A stretch of DNA of 64,000 nucleotides from Puniceicoccaceae bacterium (GTDB lineage Bacteria > Verrucomicrobiota > Verrucomicrobiia > Opitutales > Oceanipulchritudinaceae), in NCBI GenBank assembly GCA_040830765.1, contig JBFOMH010000005.1:224001-288000 (forward strand), in the 5' to 3' direction. The notes beneath the pieces are model-generated. The model was not told the DNA's origin. It made no database searches and was given only the letters and a program-made list of their open reading frames with translations. Below, in pieces: positions 1-8,455 of the stretch; the stretch's first letter is position 1; every line of letters begins with the position of its first letter. The position numbers and the translations under genes are program-made.

Positions 1-85
1 GCCTGTAGTCCTTTATAATCTACAGGCGGGACGCCTGTAGTCCATTGCCACCTCAAAGGAGTACAGGCATCTTGCCTGTACATTG
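1..85. repeat. Cluster of short REP-like palindromes (truncated at window edge)
   Basis: CTACAGGC-GGGAC-GCCTGTAG (20-40) and GTACAGGC-ATCTT-GCCTGTAC (61-81). GCCTGTAGTCC occurs at 1-11 and 33-43. Lies just downstream of the cytochrome operon. Confidence 0.7.
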
Positions 86-110
86 CTGAACCAAAAGGCT
101 CCCGCTGTTC

Positions 111-1619
111 TTACTGGGGTCCGCCGGTGTGGCAATCGCTGCACAAGAGGCCGGAGACATCCCCGTCCGGGTGGGCGAATTCCAGTCCGCCGGGAGCCAG
201 TTTCAGGAGGTCTGCCCCGGAACCTTGGGCAAGGATAGTATGGCAATCATTGCAGTCACCCGCTTGCATCGGCGCTTCCGTCTCCACGTTGTAGTGGGAG
301 CCGCCATGGCAGCGGAAGCAACCCGGCCAGTTCTTGTGCCCAATGTGGTTCGGATAGGCTGACCAATCCGCCTTCATTTTGGGGAAGAAGTTTTCCGTGT
401 AGATGCGCTGGACTTCCTCGATGGTCGTCTCCACATCCGGCTCCTCCTCGTACTCTGCCAGAAGGCCTTCCCGGATGGCCGCATAGGCCTCTTCGGTGTT
501 CCCGTATTCTCCAACCAGCAGGTCGACCACGGTATACTTGAGGTCGGTGTACTCAGGGTTGAGTCGCTTCAGCGAAATCGCCCGATCGACGGCATCATTG
601 GGTGGCAGAAGGATGTGTGCTGGACGGTTGTGGCAATCCATGCAGTCCATGGTCCGGATTTCATGCCCTTCCAGGTCTTCCATGTCGTAGTCCTCGTGCA
701 TGAAAACCACTTCCTCGGAATCGCCCTTCTTCAGGCGAACCCATGGCACCTCAAGGCGTTTCTCATCGACGGCGATATATTCAACCTTGTTATTCGGATC
801 GGTGTGCCAGTGGATGCCCCTGACATCACCCAGCCGGGGATCGCCACCCCCGACCTTGAGAATAATCCGGGTGGTGAACTCCTCATCGTCATAATCGGCC
901 ATGAAGTGCTCGTAGGTCCGGTCAAGGTTGCCGGTGAAGACCTGCGGCCAGTGGCACTTTTCACAGGTGTCCTGGGCCGGGCGCAGGCTCTCGATGGGCG
1001 TCGGTACCGGTGTCGGGTACTTGTTGGCCAGGGCCGCATAGACCTGATAGAGGCCGTCAATCTTGGCCTTTACATACCACGTCGCTCCTTCACCAATATG
1101 ACACTCCACACAATTGACCCGGGCATGCGGAGACAAGGCGTAGGTCGCATACTCCGGTTCCATGATGGTGTGGCAAACCTCTCCACAAAACATGTTCGAT
1201 TCCGTGAAGTGGTAGGTCTTGTAGCTGCCGAGTGCACTCAGGAAAAGGAATCCCGTTCCACCGGCAATGAAGATGACGAATTTCTTCCGTTCCCGCCGTT
1301 GACTGAAGTCGAGGGAAAACTGCAGGAAGGACGTCTTCCCTTCCAGTTTGCTCAAATAGTAGCGGTCAACCAACCAACCGACAAACATCAGGCAAAGCCC
1401 GAGGATGAGGAAGAATGGTGCGACAATGAAAGTCAGAATGCCCAGATAGGGACTGCTTTCCGCTTGGGTCGCATCCAGCGCAAACAACAGGAAAAAGGCA
1501 AACAGGGCACTGAGGGCACCCACGGCACCGGTTGCCGAGATCCAATTGTTGAACTGGGAAAAGAAGAAACTGCGGCGTCCTTTACCGGAACCGCTTTTGG
1601 GAGAGCTGGGGGAGTTCAT
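111..1619 (-). CDS. Inner-membrane heptaheme cytochrome c, NapC/NirT-related (ImcH-like architecture)
   Basis: Three N-terminal hydrophobic helices. Heme motifs CGEVCH (CX3CH), CVECH, CEKCH, CMDCH, CFRCH, CNDCH, CSDCH. NapC-type segment TES..FCG.VCH..M.PEY..SPH. Confidence 0.85.
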   Translation of the reverse strand: MNSPSSPKSGSGKGRRSFFFSQFNNWISATGAVGALSALFAFFLLFALDATQAESSPYLGILTFIVAPFFLILGLCLMFVGWLVDRYYLSKLEGKTSFLQFSLDFSQRRERKKFVIFIAGGTGFLFLSALGSYKTYHFTESNMFCGEVCHTIMEPEYATYALSPHARVNCVECHIGEGATWYVKAKIDGLYQVYAALANKYPTPVPTPIESLRPAQDTCEKCHWPQVFTGNLDRTYEHFMADYDDEEFTTRIILKVGGGDPRLGDVRGIHWHTDPNNKVEYIAVDEKRLEVPWVRLKKGDSEEVVFMHEDYDMEDLEGHEIRTMDCMDCHNRPAHILLPPNDAVDRAISLKRLNPEYTDLKYTVVDLLVGEYGNTEEAYAAIREGLLAEYEEEPDVETTIEEVQRIYTENFFPKMKADWSAYPNHIGHKNWPGCFRCHGGSHYNVETEAPMQAGDCNDCHTILAQGSGADLLKLAPGGLEFAHPDGDVSGLLCSDCHTGGPQ

Positions 1620-1634
1620 GGCGTGGAAGCGCTA

Positions 1635-1967
1635 TCAGGACTTTGCCATCGCGCGCATATATGCCACAAGGGCGTGAATTTCCTCGTCGGAAAGTTTCTT
1701 GGCGTAGCCCTTCATCTTGGTCCCGTCGACACCATCCTTGGTGGCGTTGAAGAGATCCTCATCGGACATTTCAGTAAGCGCGGCCGGATCCGTGTAATCC
1801 TTGAGCTCGAGCTTTTTACCGAGCGCGGTATCAGCGGAACCATCCTCAGCATGACACTTCTTGCAATGCTTGTCCCAGTTAGCCTTGGTTGCTTCACAAT
1901 TGTCAGCATAGCCCGAAAGGGATGACAGGACAAGTGAGGCAACAGTGACGATTAGGTATTTTTTCAT
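1635..1967 (-). CDS. Periplasmic monoheme class I cytochrome c
   Basis: Signal peptide, single CKKCH, distal Met in KMKGY, C-terminal helix LSDEEIHALVAYMR, Lys-rich. Confidence 0.9.
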   Translation of the reverse strand: MKKYLIVTVASLVLSSLSGYADNCEATKANWDKHCKKCHAEDGSADTALGKKLELKDYTDPAALTEMSDEDLFNATKDGVDGTKMKGYAKKLSDEEIHALVAYMRAMAKS

Positions 1968-1998
1968 GCTTATTATTATTCCTTCTACATTTGGGGGT

Positions 1999-4155
1999 TT
2001 AGAATTTCATTTGCAGGCTTCCATTGAAGACATGCACGCTAAAGTCGGTCATTCCTGCAGTGGCCAGATCGGTTTGTTCATAGTAATGGTAGCCGATCCG
2101 GGCAGCCATGTTTGATGTGAAATGGAAGAAAACACTGGCCGTCCCGTGGTGTTGTTCAATCTCACTCCCGTAAGGGACGGTGATGGCAGCATTGTCGACA
2201 TAGTTATCAATCTCCATGTAATTATAACCAACTTGGATATCAATAAGGGACGTGAGGACAAAATACAAGCTTACATCAGCCTGCCAGTAGTCATTGGGAA
2301 TGTTGACAATGATACCCGAGAAGGTGCCTTCCAGGTCGGCCGTGGGCACTTCCGTAAGGTCATCAACGAGTGTGTAATTACCGGTGATAATGAACCGTGG
2401 ATGGGGTGCCCAGGTCAATGCCTGGTTGAAAACCACCCGCTCGCGATCGGAGGTCCGCAGCTCATCATTGAGCCGGTCCCGGCTATCGATGGTGGTGTTT
2501 TGGAAATCGACCCGGCTGACACTACGCAGGGTATCGAGTATCTTCCAGTGAACCCGGGCGTTGAGGTCTTCCGTATAGAAATCCTGATACTCAATGTATC
2601 CGGGATACAGTGTGAAGTCCGCATCCGGAATAGTCACGTTGGCAAAGTCGTACTCGTTCTTGCGTGACTTGATATAACCTTCAACGGATATGCGCATCCG
2701 GCGGAAAGGATCGTAATTCAAGCCCACTTCCCAGAAGGTCGTTTCACGGTCAAAGCCAGTAGCACGATCCAGGAGCCTCTCAAGTGAACCCGGATTGGGC
2801 AGGATTTCGGTGCGGGTCCATCCTTCCTTGAGATCCCCGGACTGGGTCGCAGCCTCAACTCGTGTATAGACTAATGTCTTGGGAATCCCCTTGAAGCGAA
2901 ATTCAAGAAAACCGGAAATGTCCTCGGCCGTCTTGTCACTGACGGAGAACATGTCCGCTTCCTGGTTCTGCCGCTGGAGGTCACCGAAGTCGACCGTATC
3001 GAAGGTATCGAAATAGGATCCCATGGCTTCCGTGGACAGGTGCTCAAGGCGCACGCCGGCCATCCAGCGGTAGCTTCCCTGCGGTTCATAGACCAGGTTC
3101 CCATTGAATATCCATTGCTTCAGTTTACGAGACCCGTCGAGATCGAGGAATCCGCGGTCATCAAGTTGGGACCGGGCAAAGTCGATGTCGTAAGCGGCAT
3201 CCGGATTGGCACCGAACACCCGGCTGCCCGTGACGTCGCCGTCAAGCTGGGTGTAGGCCATGCCAATAGAGCCACTGAGATTGTCAGTCATCGCCCGGCG
3301 GACATATCCGGAGAATCCAAAGAGGTCATCCTTCGTTTCCTGCTGGTGGGTCGCGTAGCGGTTGGCCCGGGCGTCGCTGGCTCCCCGTTCCACCGTCAAC
3401 TTCTTGTCGGATTCCCGGCTCTGGTAAAAGGCCCGGGCGCCTGCTCGATTGATTTCCTCCTTGTGTTCAATCCCGATTTCAACCTTGTGGACCGTTTCCT
3501 GCCCTTCCGACAAGGCCGGGACAATTCCCCGGGACTTCGGTTGCCCACTGACCCGGTACTGGTAGTTGTCACCAAATACGGTGGAAAGGCTTTGGCCTTC
3601 CCGGTTGAAGAAGTCATAAGCGACCCTCAGCTGCAGGGTGTCGGTCGGCTTGAAACGCAGACTGACTTTCAACTGATCAATTTCCTCCTCCAAGGCGGAA
3701 TCGGAAAGTGTAAAATAGGCATTCCTTGGGGCATACCAGACGCCCCCTCCAAAGTCGAATTCCACCCAATGGCGGAACTCGAGGTCGAAGAAGATCTCCT
3801 CCAGTTTGAAGGCCTCAATGGTCAGCGAAAGCTCATCCGGATTGACCAGCCAGCGGCCATCCATAAGGAAGCGCCAGTCCGCATAAGGATCGTTCTCGTA
3901 GTGGAAGTTTTCCACCCCGCCACCATCCTTGTCGAGCACACGAACGGACTCAGCGGCCTGACCAAGATTGGCATCATCCTCGAATTCCGAACTGGTGTAG
4001 GTGAAACTAAGCTCATTCTGGCGTGGTTCCGGTTCTTCGGTATCACTGGTGTAAAACTGGACTCCGGAAACCGAGGCCGGCAAGAACATGGCACTGGATA
4101 AGGCCAGCCAGGTGAGTTGTTTAAAACAGGCTGTTTTCATTGCATTGTCCTCCAT
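1999..4155 (-). CDS. Outer-membrane beta-barrel porin, MtrB/PioB-like by context
   Basis: 718 aa, signal peptide, alternating aromatic beta-strand pattern, terminal Phe (..GSLQMKF). Directly downstream of an MtrA/DmsE-like cytochrome. Confidence 0.75.
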   Translation of the reverse strand: MEDNAMKTACFKQLTWLALSSAMFLPASVSGVQFYTSDTEEPEPRQNELSFTYTSSEFEDDANLGQAAESVRVLDKDGGGVENFHYENDPYADWRFLMDGRWLVNPDELSLTIEAFKLEEIFFDLEFRHWVEFDFGGGVWYAPRNAYFTLSDSALEEEIDQLKVSLRFKPTDTLQLRVAYDFFNREGQSLSTVFGDNYQYRVSGQPKSRGIVPALSEGQETVHKVEIGIEHKEEINRAGARAFYQSRESDKKLTVERGASDARANRYATHQQETKDDLFGFSGYVRRAMTDNLSGSIGMAYTQLDGDVTGSRVFGANPDAAYDIDFARSQLDDRGFLDLDGSRKLKQWIFNGNLVYEPQGSYRWMAGVRLEHLSTEAMGSYFDTFDTVDFGDLQRQNQEADMFSVSDKTAEDISGFLEFRFKGIPKTLVYTRVEAATQSGDLKEGWTRTEILPNPGSLERLLDRATGFDRETTFWEVGLNYDPFRRMRISVEGYIKSRKNEYDFANVTIPDADFTLYPGYIEYQDFYTEDLNARVHWKILDTLRSVSRVDFQNTTIDSRDRLNDELRTSDRERVVFNQALTWAPHPRFIITGNYTLVDDLTEVPTADLEGTFSGIIVNIPNDYWQADVSLYFVLTSLIDIQVGYNYMEIDNYVDNAAITVPYGSEIEQHHGTASVFFHFTSNMAARIGYHYYEQTDLATAGMTDFSVHVFNGSLQMKF

Positions 4156-4157
4156 GA

Positions 4158-4955
4158 CTAGAACCTCAGTGAGCCGTTCACGTGGGAACCATGGACCGCC
4201 TCATGACAACCAGCGGTCCAGCAGGTACCCTGCTGAATGTAGCCAAAGCCGGAGTGGTCCACTCCGCCAATCATAATGGCATTCTGCTGGGTCTCGGTGA
4301 AGTGGCATTGCAGGCACAAGCTGGCGTTGCGGATCTTCAGCATCTTGTCATTGACGCTTCCGTGCTGCTCGTGACAAACGGTGCAACCGTCCCGCATGGC
4401 TTCATGTTCAAAGACGAATGGACCCGACTGGGCCGGATGACATTCCGCACAGGAACCGCTCTCCGCCGCCAGGATACCTTCAGCGAACAATTCCTTATCC
4501 TCATTTCCATGCGGATCATGGCAGTCAACACAAGCCACCATCCCCTCGGCAACCGGATGACTGTGCGGTAAGGCGAATTGTCCCTGGACATCAAGGTGGC
4601 ACTGCAGGCAGGCCTCGGGATTGCGGCCGGGATTGTGAATCAGGTGCCGGCCCTCGCCTTCCATCGAGTGGAGGCTTCCGGGACCATGGCAGGCTTCACA
4701 GCCGACGATGATATCGTCCTCGTCAGGAATCAAAAGCCGGGCGTGAACTGTATTGTCCACGGTCCGGCTTATGTCCTCGTGGCAGAGGCTACAATCCTCA
4801 TTGCCAACGAACTCTGCTCCTTTCGTCTGCGGCACCACGAGCACCGTGCGGTTGACTGACTGGCAGGCAATCAGTCCTACCGCCACGGCGCCCATGGTTA
4901 CCCACAAACGAGAACTCAGGAACATTTTTAGGGGGGTGTTATTGAGCTTCATCAA
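4158..4955 (-). CDS. MtrA/DmsE-family multiheme cytochrome c (8 heme motifs), probable lipoprotein
   Basis: CSLCH, CEACH, CLQCH, CVDCH, CAECH, CTVCH, CLQCH plus CWTAGCH (CX4CH). Family-typical GCEACHGPGSLH, CHDPHG, GPFVFEH, VHGS. Lipobox-like GLIAC. True start may be a later Met. Confidence 0.85.
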   Translation of the reverse strand: MMKLNNTPLKMFLSSRLWVTMGAVAVGLIACQSVNRTVLVVPQTKGAEFVGNEDCSLCHEDISRTVDNTVHARLLIPDEDDIIVGCEACHGPGSLHSMEGEGRHLIHNPGRNPEACLQCHLDVQGQFALPHSHPVAEGMVACVDCHDPHGNEDKELFAEGILAAESGSCAECHPAQSGPFVFEHEAMRDGCTVCHEQHGSVNDKMLKIRNASLCLQCHFTETQQNAIMIGGVDHSGFGYIQQGTCWTAGCHEAVHGSHVNGSLRF

Positions 4956-4996
4956 GGCATGAGCATGATGGGCTGATTTTTAATCTGCAACCTCAA

Positions 4997-7120
4997 TTAC
5001 TCCACGACTGTCCAATCTCCAGCATTGTAGTTCCAGAAGTACCGCATGCCGGCGTAGCGGCCGCTGTAGTACATCCAGGTGGCAGCGCTCAGGTCATACA
5101 TGAGCGGATAGACTTCCTCGTTGGTCCACTTCCAGGAATTGGTGCGGACGTCGTAGAGGTAGATGGTGCTGGAATCACCGGTCACATAGAGGTGGCCGTG
5201 CTCGAAGTGGTAGATCCAGCCCGTTTCGCTTTGCGGGGCATAGAACTCAAACCACTGTGAGTAGAACCACTCCCCACCGACGGGGATATTGGCACCGTTG
5301 AAGAGACCCGTGTAGGGATCCGAGACTGCCTCGATGGAGGCCTTGAGGATTTGGGCCACATAGCGCGGATTGTGCATCCCGTGACTGCCGTCTTCCTCAA
5401 CTGCCATGTAGTTGTACAGGGCCTTTGCTTCCATTGGGGTATAATCGAGATCGGGATCCCGGACGACTCTTGGTTCGCCATAAGGCGGCAGCTTCATGGC
5501 CAGGGCTTCGAGCAGATGGTGGATTTCCGTCTGCAGGCCTTCGAGATGGCCGTCATAGTTGTAGTCGACGGTCGGGATGTCGAAGGTGTCGAGCGGGCCG
5601 TGGCACTGGTAGCAAGCACCGGTCAGCGGCACGTCATCAGAATGGTCTTCCGGTGTGTCATTGTCCCAGACAATCTTGAAGGTGTGGTCACCAGCCTTGT
5701 TGTGGAACGGATCGTTGTTACGGTCCGTTGACTGCATGTGGCAGGAGGCACAGCTGTTTTCAAGAATGTAGAGGTGGGAGGAGGCTCCGCCCTGGACCTT
5801 GTCAAACTCAACGAGGTTGGTCCCGTTGAAGATGTCACCCTGGACCCCGTAGTGCGGGCCGAAGTGACTCGAGGTCACGCCCCGGTCCGTGTAGGAGTCC
5901 GCATCGCGACGGGCCTTGTGGCAGTTCATGCAGAACTTTCCGGTACCCCCTTCAGTGACCATGTGGCCATTCTCCAGTTCGATGTCAGCGAGGGTCCTCA
6001 GCTGATGTTCGTTTTCAGCACTGTGCGGATCGTGACAGGCGGCACAGACGATGGCTTCATACTCGAAGCTCTTCTCTTCTTGCGGGACGCCGTCCATTTC
6101 CTCAATGAAACCAATACCGCTGTGGCAACGGACACAGCTCAAGCGGCGCTCTGACCCGGTTGGGTAACGGGTGGCGACCGAGTGAGCGGAAAGGTTCCAC
6201 TGCTGATTGCGATTATGGTAGGGTTCCTCGTCGTGGCACTGGCCGCAATCACCGGAGCTGAGGCTGACGGCTGTTGTGGTCAGATCACCATGGTGCTCGC
6301 TACCGGCACCGTGGCAATGCTCACACTGGATATTGGCCTTGGCCTGCAGGGCCGGGTCCATGCCTGCCCAAACACCGGGCTCAAGGACTTCCGGGAATGT
6401 CCAGCCGACCGACTCCGCAACCGCGGAGAAGCTGCCGTTGTCAACGCCTTCGACGTGACCACCCAATGTGTGGCACTCGATGCAGTTGGAATTATAGTGG
6501 CTGCTCTTGAGGCCGTCGATGGCTTCCGTGAACATCGAAGCGTGGCCGGTGCCCATGTAATTGACAGCCTGCTCCCCATGGCAAAGGGCGCACTGAGGAT
6601 AACTGGGAGATGCTCCGCCCATGAGTCCAACACCAACGTAGGTGGCACCGGTGACCTGTGCGGTCAGGACCAGGGCTTCGGCGTCCGTCTGGACAACGGC
6701 CTGGACCATGTACTTCCCGACGGCGTCAGGAACGAAGAGCTTGCGTCCGGCGACATCAAGGACTTCGCGGTCGCCGGGAGAATAAATTGGTAAATCACCG
6801 AGGGGGGAATCCTCTAGCTCGGCCACTGAGGGCGGACTGGCCAGGGGGCGCTGTTCGATGCTCCAGGTCACTCCGTTGACAACAGTTCCAGAAGGAACCT
6901 GTGCTTCCAGATAAACCGGTTCGCCAACCGCCACAACAAGCAGGCCAGCCGAGGCATGGACGCCTTCAGGCAGTTCGTTGTCGTGAATCTCCTGAGGTGT
7001 CAGGGGACGGGCGTCTATCTTCTGCGCCAAGGTCATGTTGGTGCCGGCGAATAAAACGACAGCTGCCAAGATGAGCGTTATCGGTGTAGTATATCTCGTT
7101 ATTAGTCGGGGATGTTTCAT
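4997..7120 (-). CDS. Secreted nonaheme cytochrome c with N-terminal beta-rich domain and Trp/Tyr-rich C-terminal domain
   Basis: Signal peptide. CALCH, CIECH, CEHCH, CGQCH, CVRCH, CAACH, CMNCH, CASCH, CYQCH, then EDGSHGMHNPRY. Last ~95 aa strongly W/Y-rich. Confidence 0.85.
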   Translation of the reverse strand: MKHPRLITRYTTPITLILAAVVLFAGTNMTLAQKIDARPLTPQEIHDNELPEGVHASAGLLVVAVGEPVYLEAQVPSGTVVNGVTWSIEQRPLASPPSVAELEDSPLGDLPIYSPGDREVLDVAGRKLFVPDAVGKYMVQAVVQTDAEALVLTAQVTGATYVGVGLMGGASPSYPQCALCHGEQAVNYMGTGHASMFTEAIDGLKSSHYNSNCIECHTLGGHVEGVDNGSFSAVAESVGWTFPEVLEPGVWAGMDPALQAKANIQCEHCHGAGSEHHGDLTTTAVSLSSGDCGQCHDEEPYHNRNQQWNLSAHSVATRYPTGSERRLSCVRCHSGIGFIEEMDGVPQEEKSFEYEAIVCAACHDPHSAENEHQLRTLADIELENGHMVTEGGTGKFCMNCHKARRDADSYTDRGVTSSHFGPHYGVQGDIFNGTNLVEFDKVQGGASSHLYILENSCASCHMQSTDRNNDPFHNKAGDHTFKIVWDNDTPEDHSDDVPLTGACYQCHGPLDTFDIPTVDYNYDGHLEGLQTEIHHLLEALAMKLPPYGEPRVVRDPDLDYTPMEAKALYNYMAVEEDGSHGMHNPRYVAQILKASIEAVSDPYTGLFNGANIPVGGEWFYSQWFEFYAPQSETGWIYHFEHGHLYVTGDSSTIYLYDVRTNSWKWTNEEVYPLMYDLSAATWMYYSGRYAGMRYFWNYNAGDWTVVE

Positions 7121-7167
7121 TGGTATACCTTGATGAGCTATTAAAAACTTTAACTCTATGTATACAC

Positions 7168-7231
7168 ATTATAACGAAATCGAATACCTGCGTAGCGAGT
7201 ATTTGTGCTCAGATGTGGTAATATTTTACCA
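7168..7231 (-). promoter_or_regulatory. Probable activator-dependent promoter of the cytochrome operon
   Basis: Perfect TATAAT on minus strand (7173-7168) with no recognisable -35. Palindrome TGGTAA-TATT-TTACCA at 7216-7231. Imperfect inverted repeat TACCTGC-GTA-GCGAGTA at 7185-7201. Confidence 0.55.
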
Positions 7232-7280
7232 ATTTCTAAACCCCGAAACGCCGCCCCGGAAGGGTGGCCTGAGGCACCGC

Positions 7281-8399
7281 CTAAAGCCGGTGTGTTTCCC
7301 GGTACTTGGCCGGGCTCATATCCTTGTAGCGTCGGAAGACCTTGGAGAAGTAACTCTGGTCGCAGAATCCGGTTTCGTTGGCTATATGAGCAAGGGTGTT
7401 GGAGGACCGGACCAGCAGCATGCAGGCCCGCTCAATGCGGTACTGGTTGAGCAGGTCGGTGAAGGTCCGGCCCTTCTTTTCGCGGATAAGCCGGGAAAAG
7501 TGACTCGGGCTGATACCGACCGCCTTGGCAACGGATTCCCGGGTCAGGTCCTCACTGATGTGGTTCTCGAGGTAGGTGGTGGCCTTCTCGATGAGCAAGT
7601 CGTCAGGATTCTTCGGACTTTGCCGTGAAAAGAGGCTGAAGCGGTTGAAAAAGGACTCCAGGAGGACCATGATGGCTGCCTTGTCCTGGGCGGAGGACAA
7701 GGTATGCAGCAGGGAGCCTGCCTCGGAAAAGGCAGCGTAGGCGTCCATTCCGCCCCGGGTGAATTGCCGCTTGGTCTCGTAGACGAGATCCCCGACAAGT
7801 CCACGAAGCAGGTCAACCGGAAGATCCGGGGATTCCATGAAGGCGGACCGGAGCTTGTTGAAATGCTTCTCGGCAGCCTCAAATTCGGCCATTTGCATGC
7901 TGTCGATGAGCTCCTTGCCAAATTGGTCGAACTGCTCTCTCAACTGCTGGAAATCCTTGCGATGGACAAAGCGGTGGATGTTGCCGAGATCCTTGGGCCC
8001 CAGGTGGCTCAAATCGGGCAGGATCTGATGTTCTTCCATGAGCCGGTAGAGCTCGGCACAGGCATCGCTGAACTTGTCCTCGTCGAGGACGCCCTCCTGC
8101 TCACCGCCGATGACGATCAAGCCGCCGACAGTCTTCCCGTTGACGGCAAAGGGCAGTCCCCAGAGAATGTAGCCTTGGTGGCAGGCATCAATGCAGACTT
8201 TCCCGGTCCGCAGCGCTTCTGAGACGATTTGCTCCCGGCATTCGCGGCAGGATCGCATGCAGGGAAACTTGTCGCAATCCGGAAGGCCCATCTGGATGGC
8301 CCCGTTGGTATCCGAAAGGACCAGGTTATACCCGGTCCGGCTCTCGTAAGTCTCCTGGAGCTGCCTGAAAAAAGCGGGGTTGAAGGTACCGTTTAACAT
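7281..8399 (-). CDS. AraC-family regulator with N-terminal PocR-like sensor domain
   Basis: C-terminal double HTH (ISPSHFSRL..GFCDQSYFSKVFRR..SPAKYR). N-terminal CHQG..GLPF..NGKTVGGL resembles PocR. Start reassigned to ATG 8399. Confidence 0.8.
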   Translation of the reverse strand: MLNGTFNPAFFRQLQETYESRTGYNLVLSDTNGAIQMGLPDCDKFPCMRSCRECREQIVSEALRTGKVCIDACHQGYILWGLPFAVNGKTVGGLIVIGGEQEGVLDEDKFSDACAELYRLMEEHQILPDLSHLGPKDLGNIHRFVHRKDFQQLREQFDQFGKELIDSMQMAEFEAAEKHFNKLRSAFMESPDLPVDLLRGLVGDLVYETKRQFTRGGMDAYAAFSEAGSLLHTLSSAQDKAAIMVLLESFFNRFSLFSRQSPKNPDDLLIEKATTYLENHISEDLTRESVAKAVGISPSHFSRLIREKKGRTFTDLLNQYRIERACMLLVRSSNTLAHIANETGFCDQSYFSKVFRRYKDMSPAKYRETHRL

Positions 8400-8455
8400 C
8401 GGGGGAACTGCCCCAAATGATGGCTCACCGGATACCTGTCTGGCAACGCTTTTTC

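Noticed and set aside
1..85. CRISPR array
   Set aside because: Units are short palindromes with 8-20 nt gaps and there are no cas genes. It fits REP-like repeats.
4997..7120. Calling the nonaheme cytochrome NrfA
   Set aside because: No CXXCK active-site motif, nine rather than five hemes, and porin-cytochrome context.
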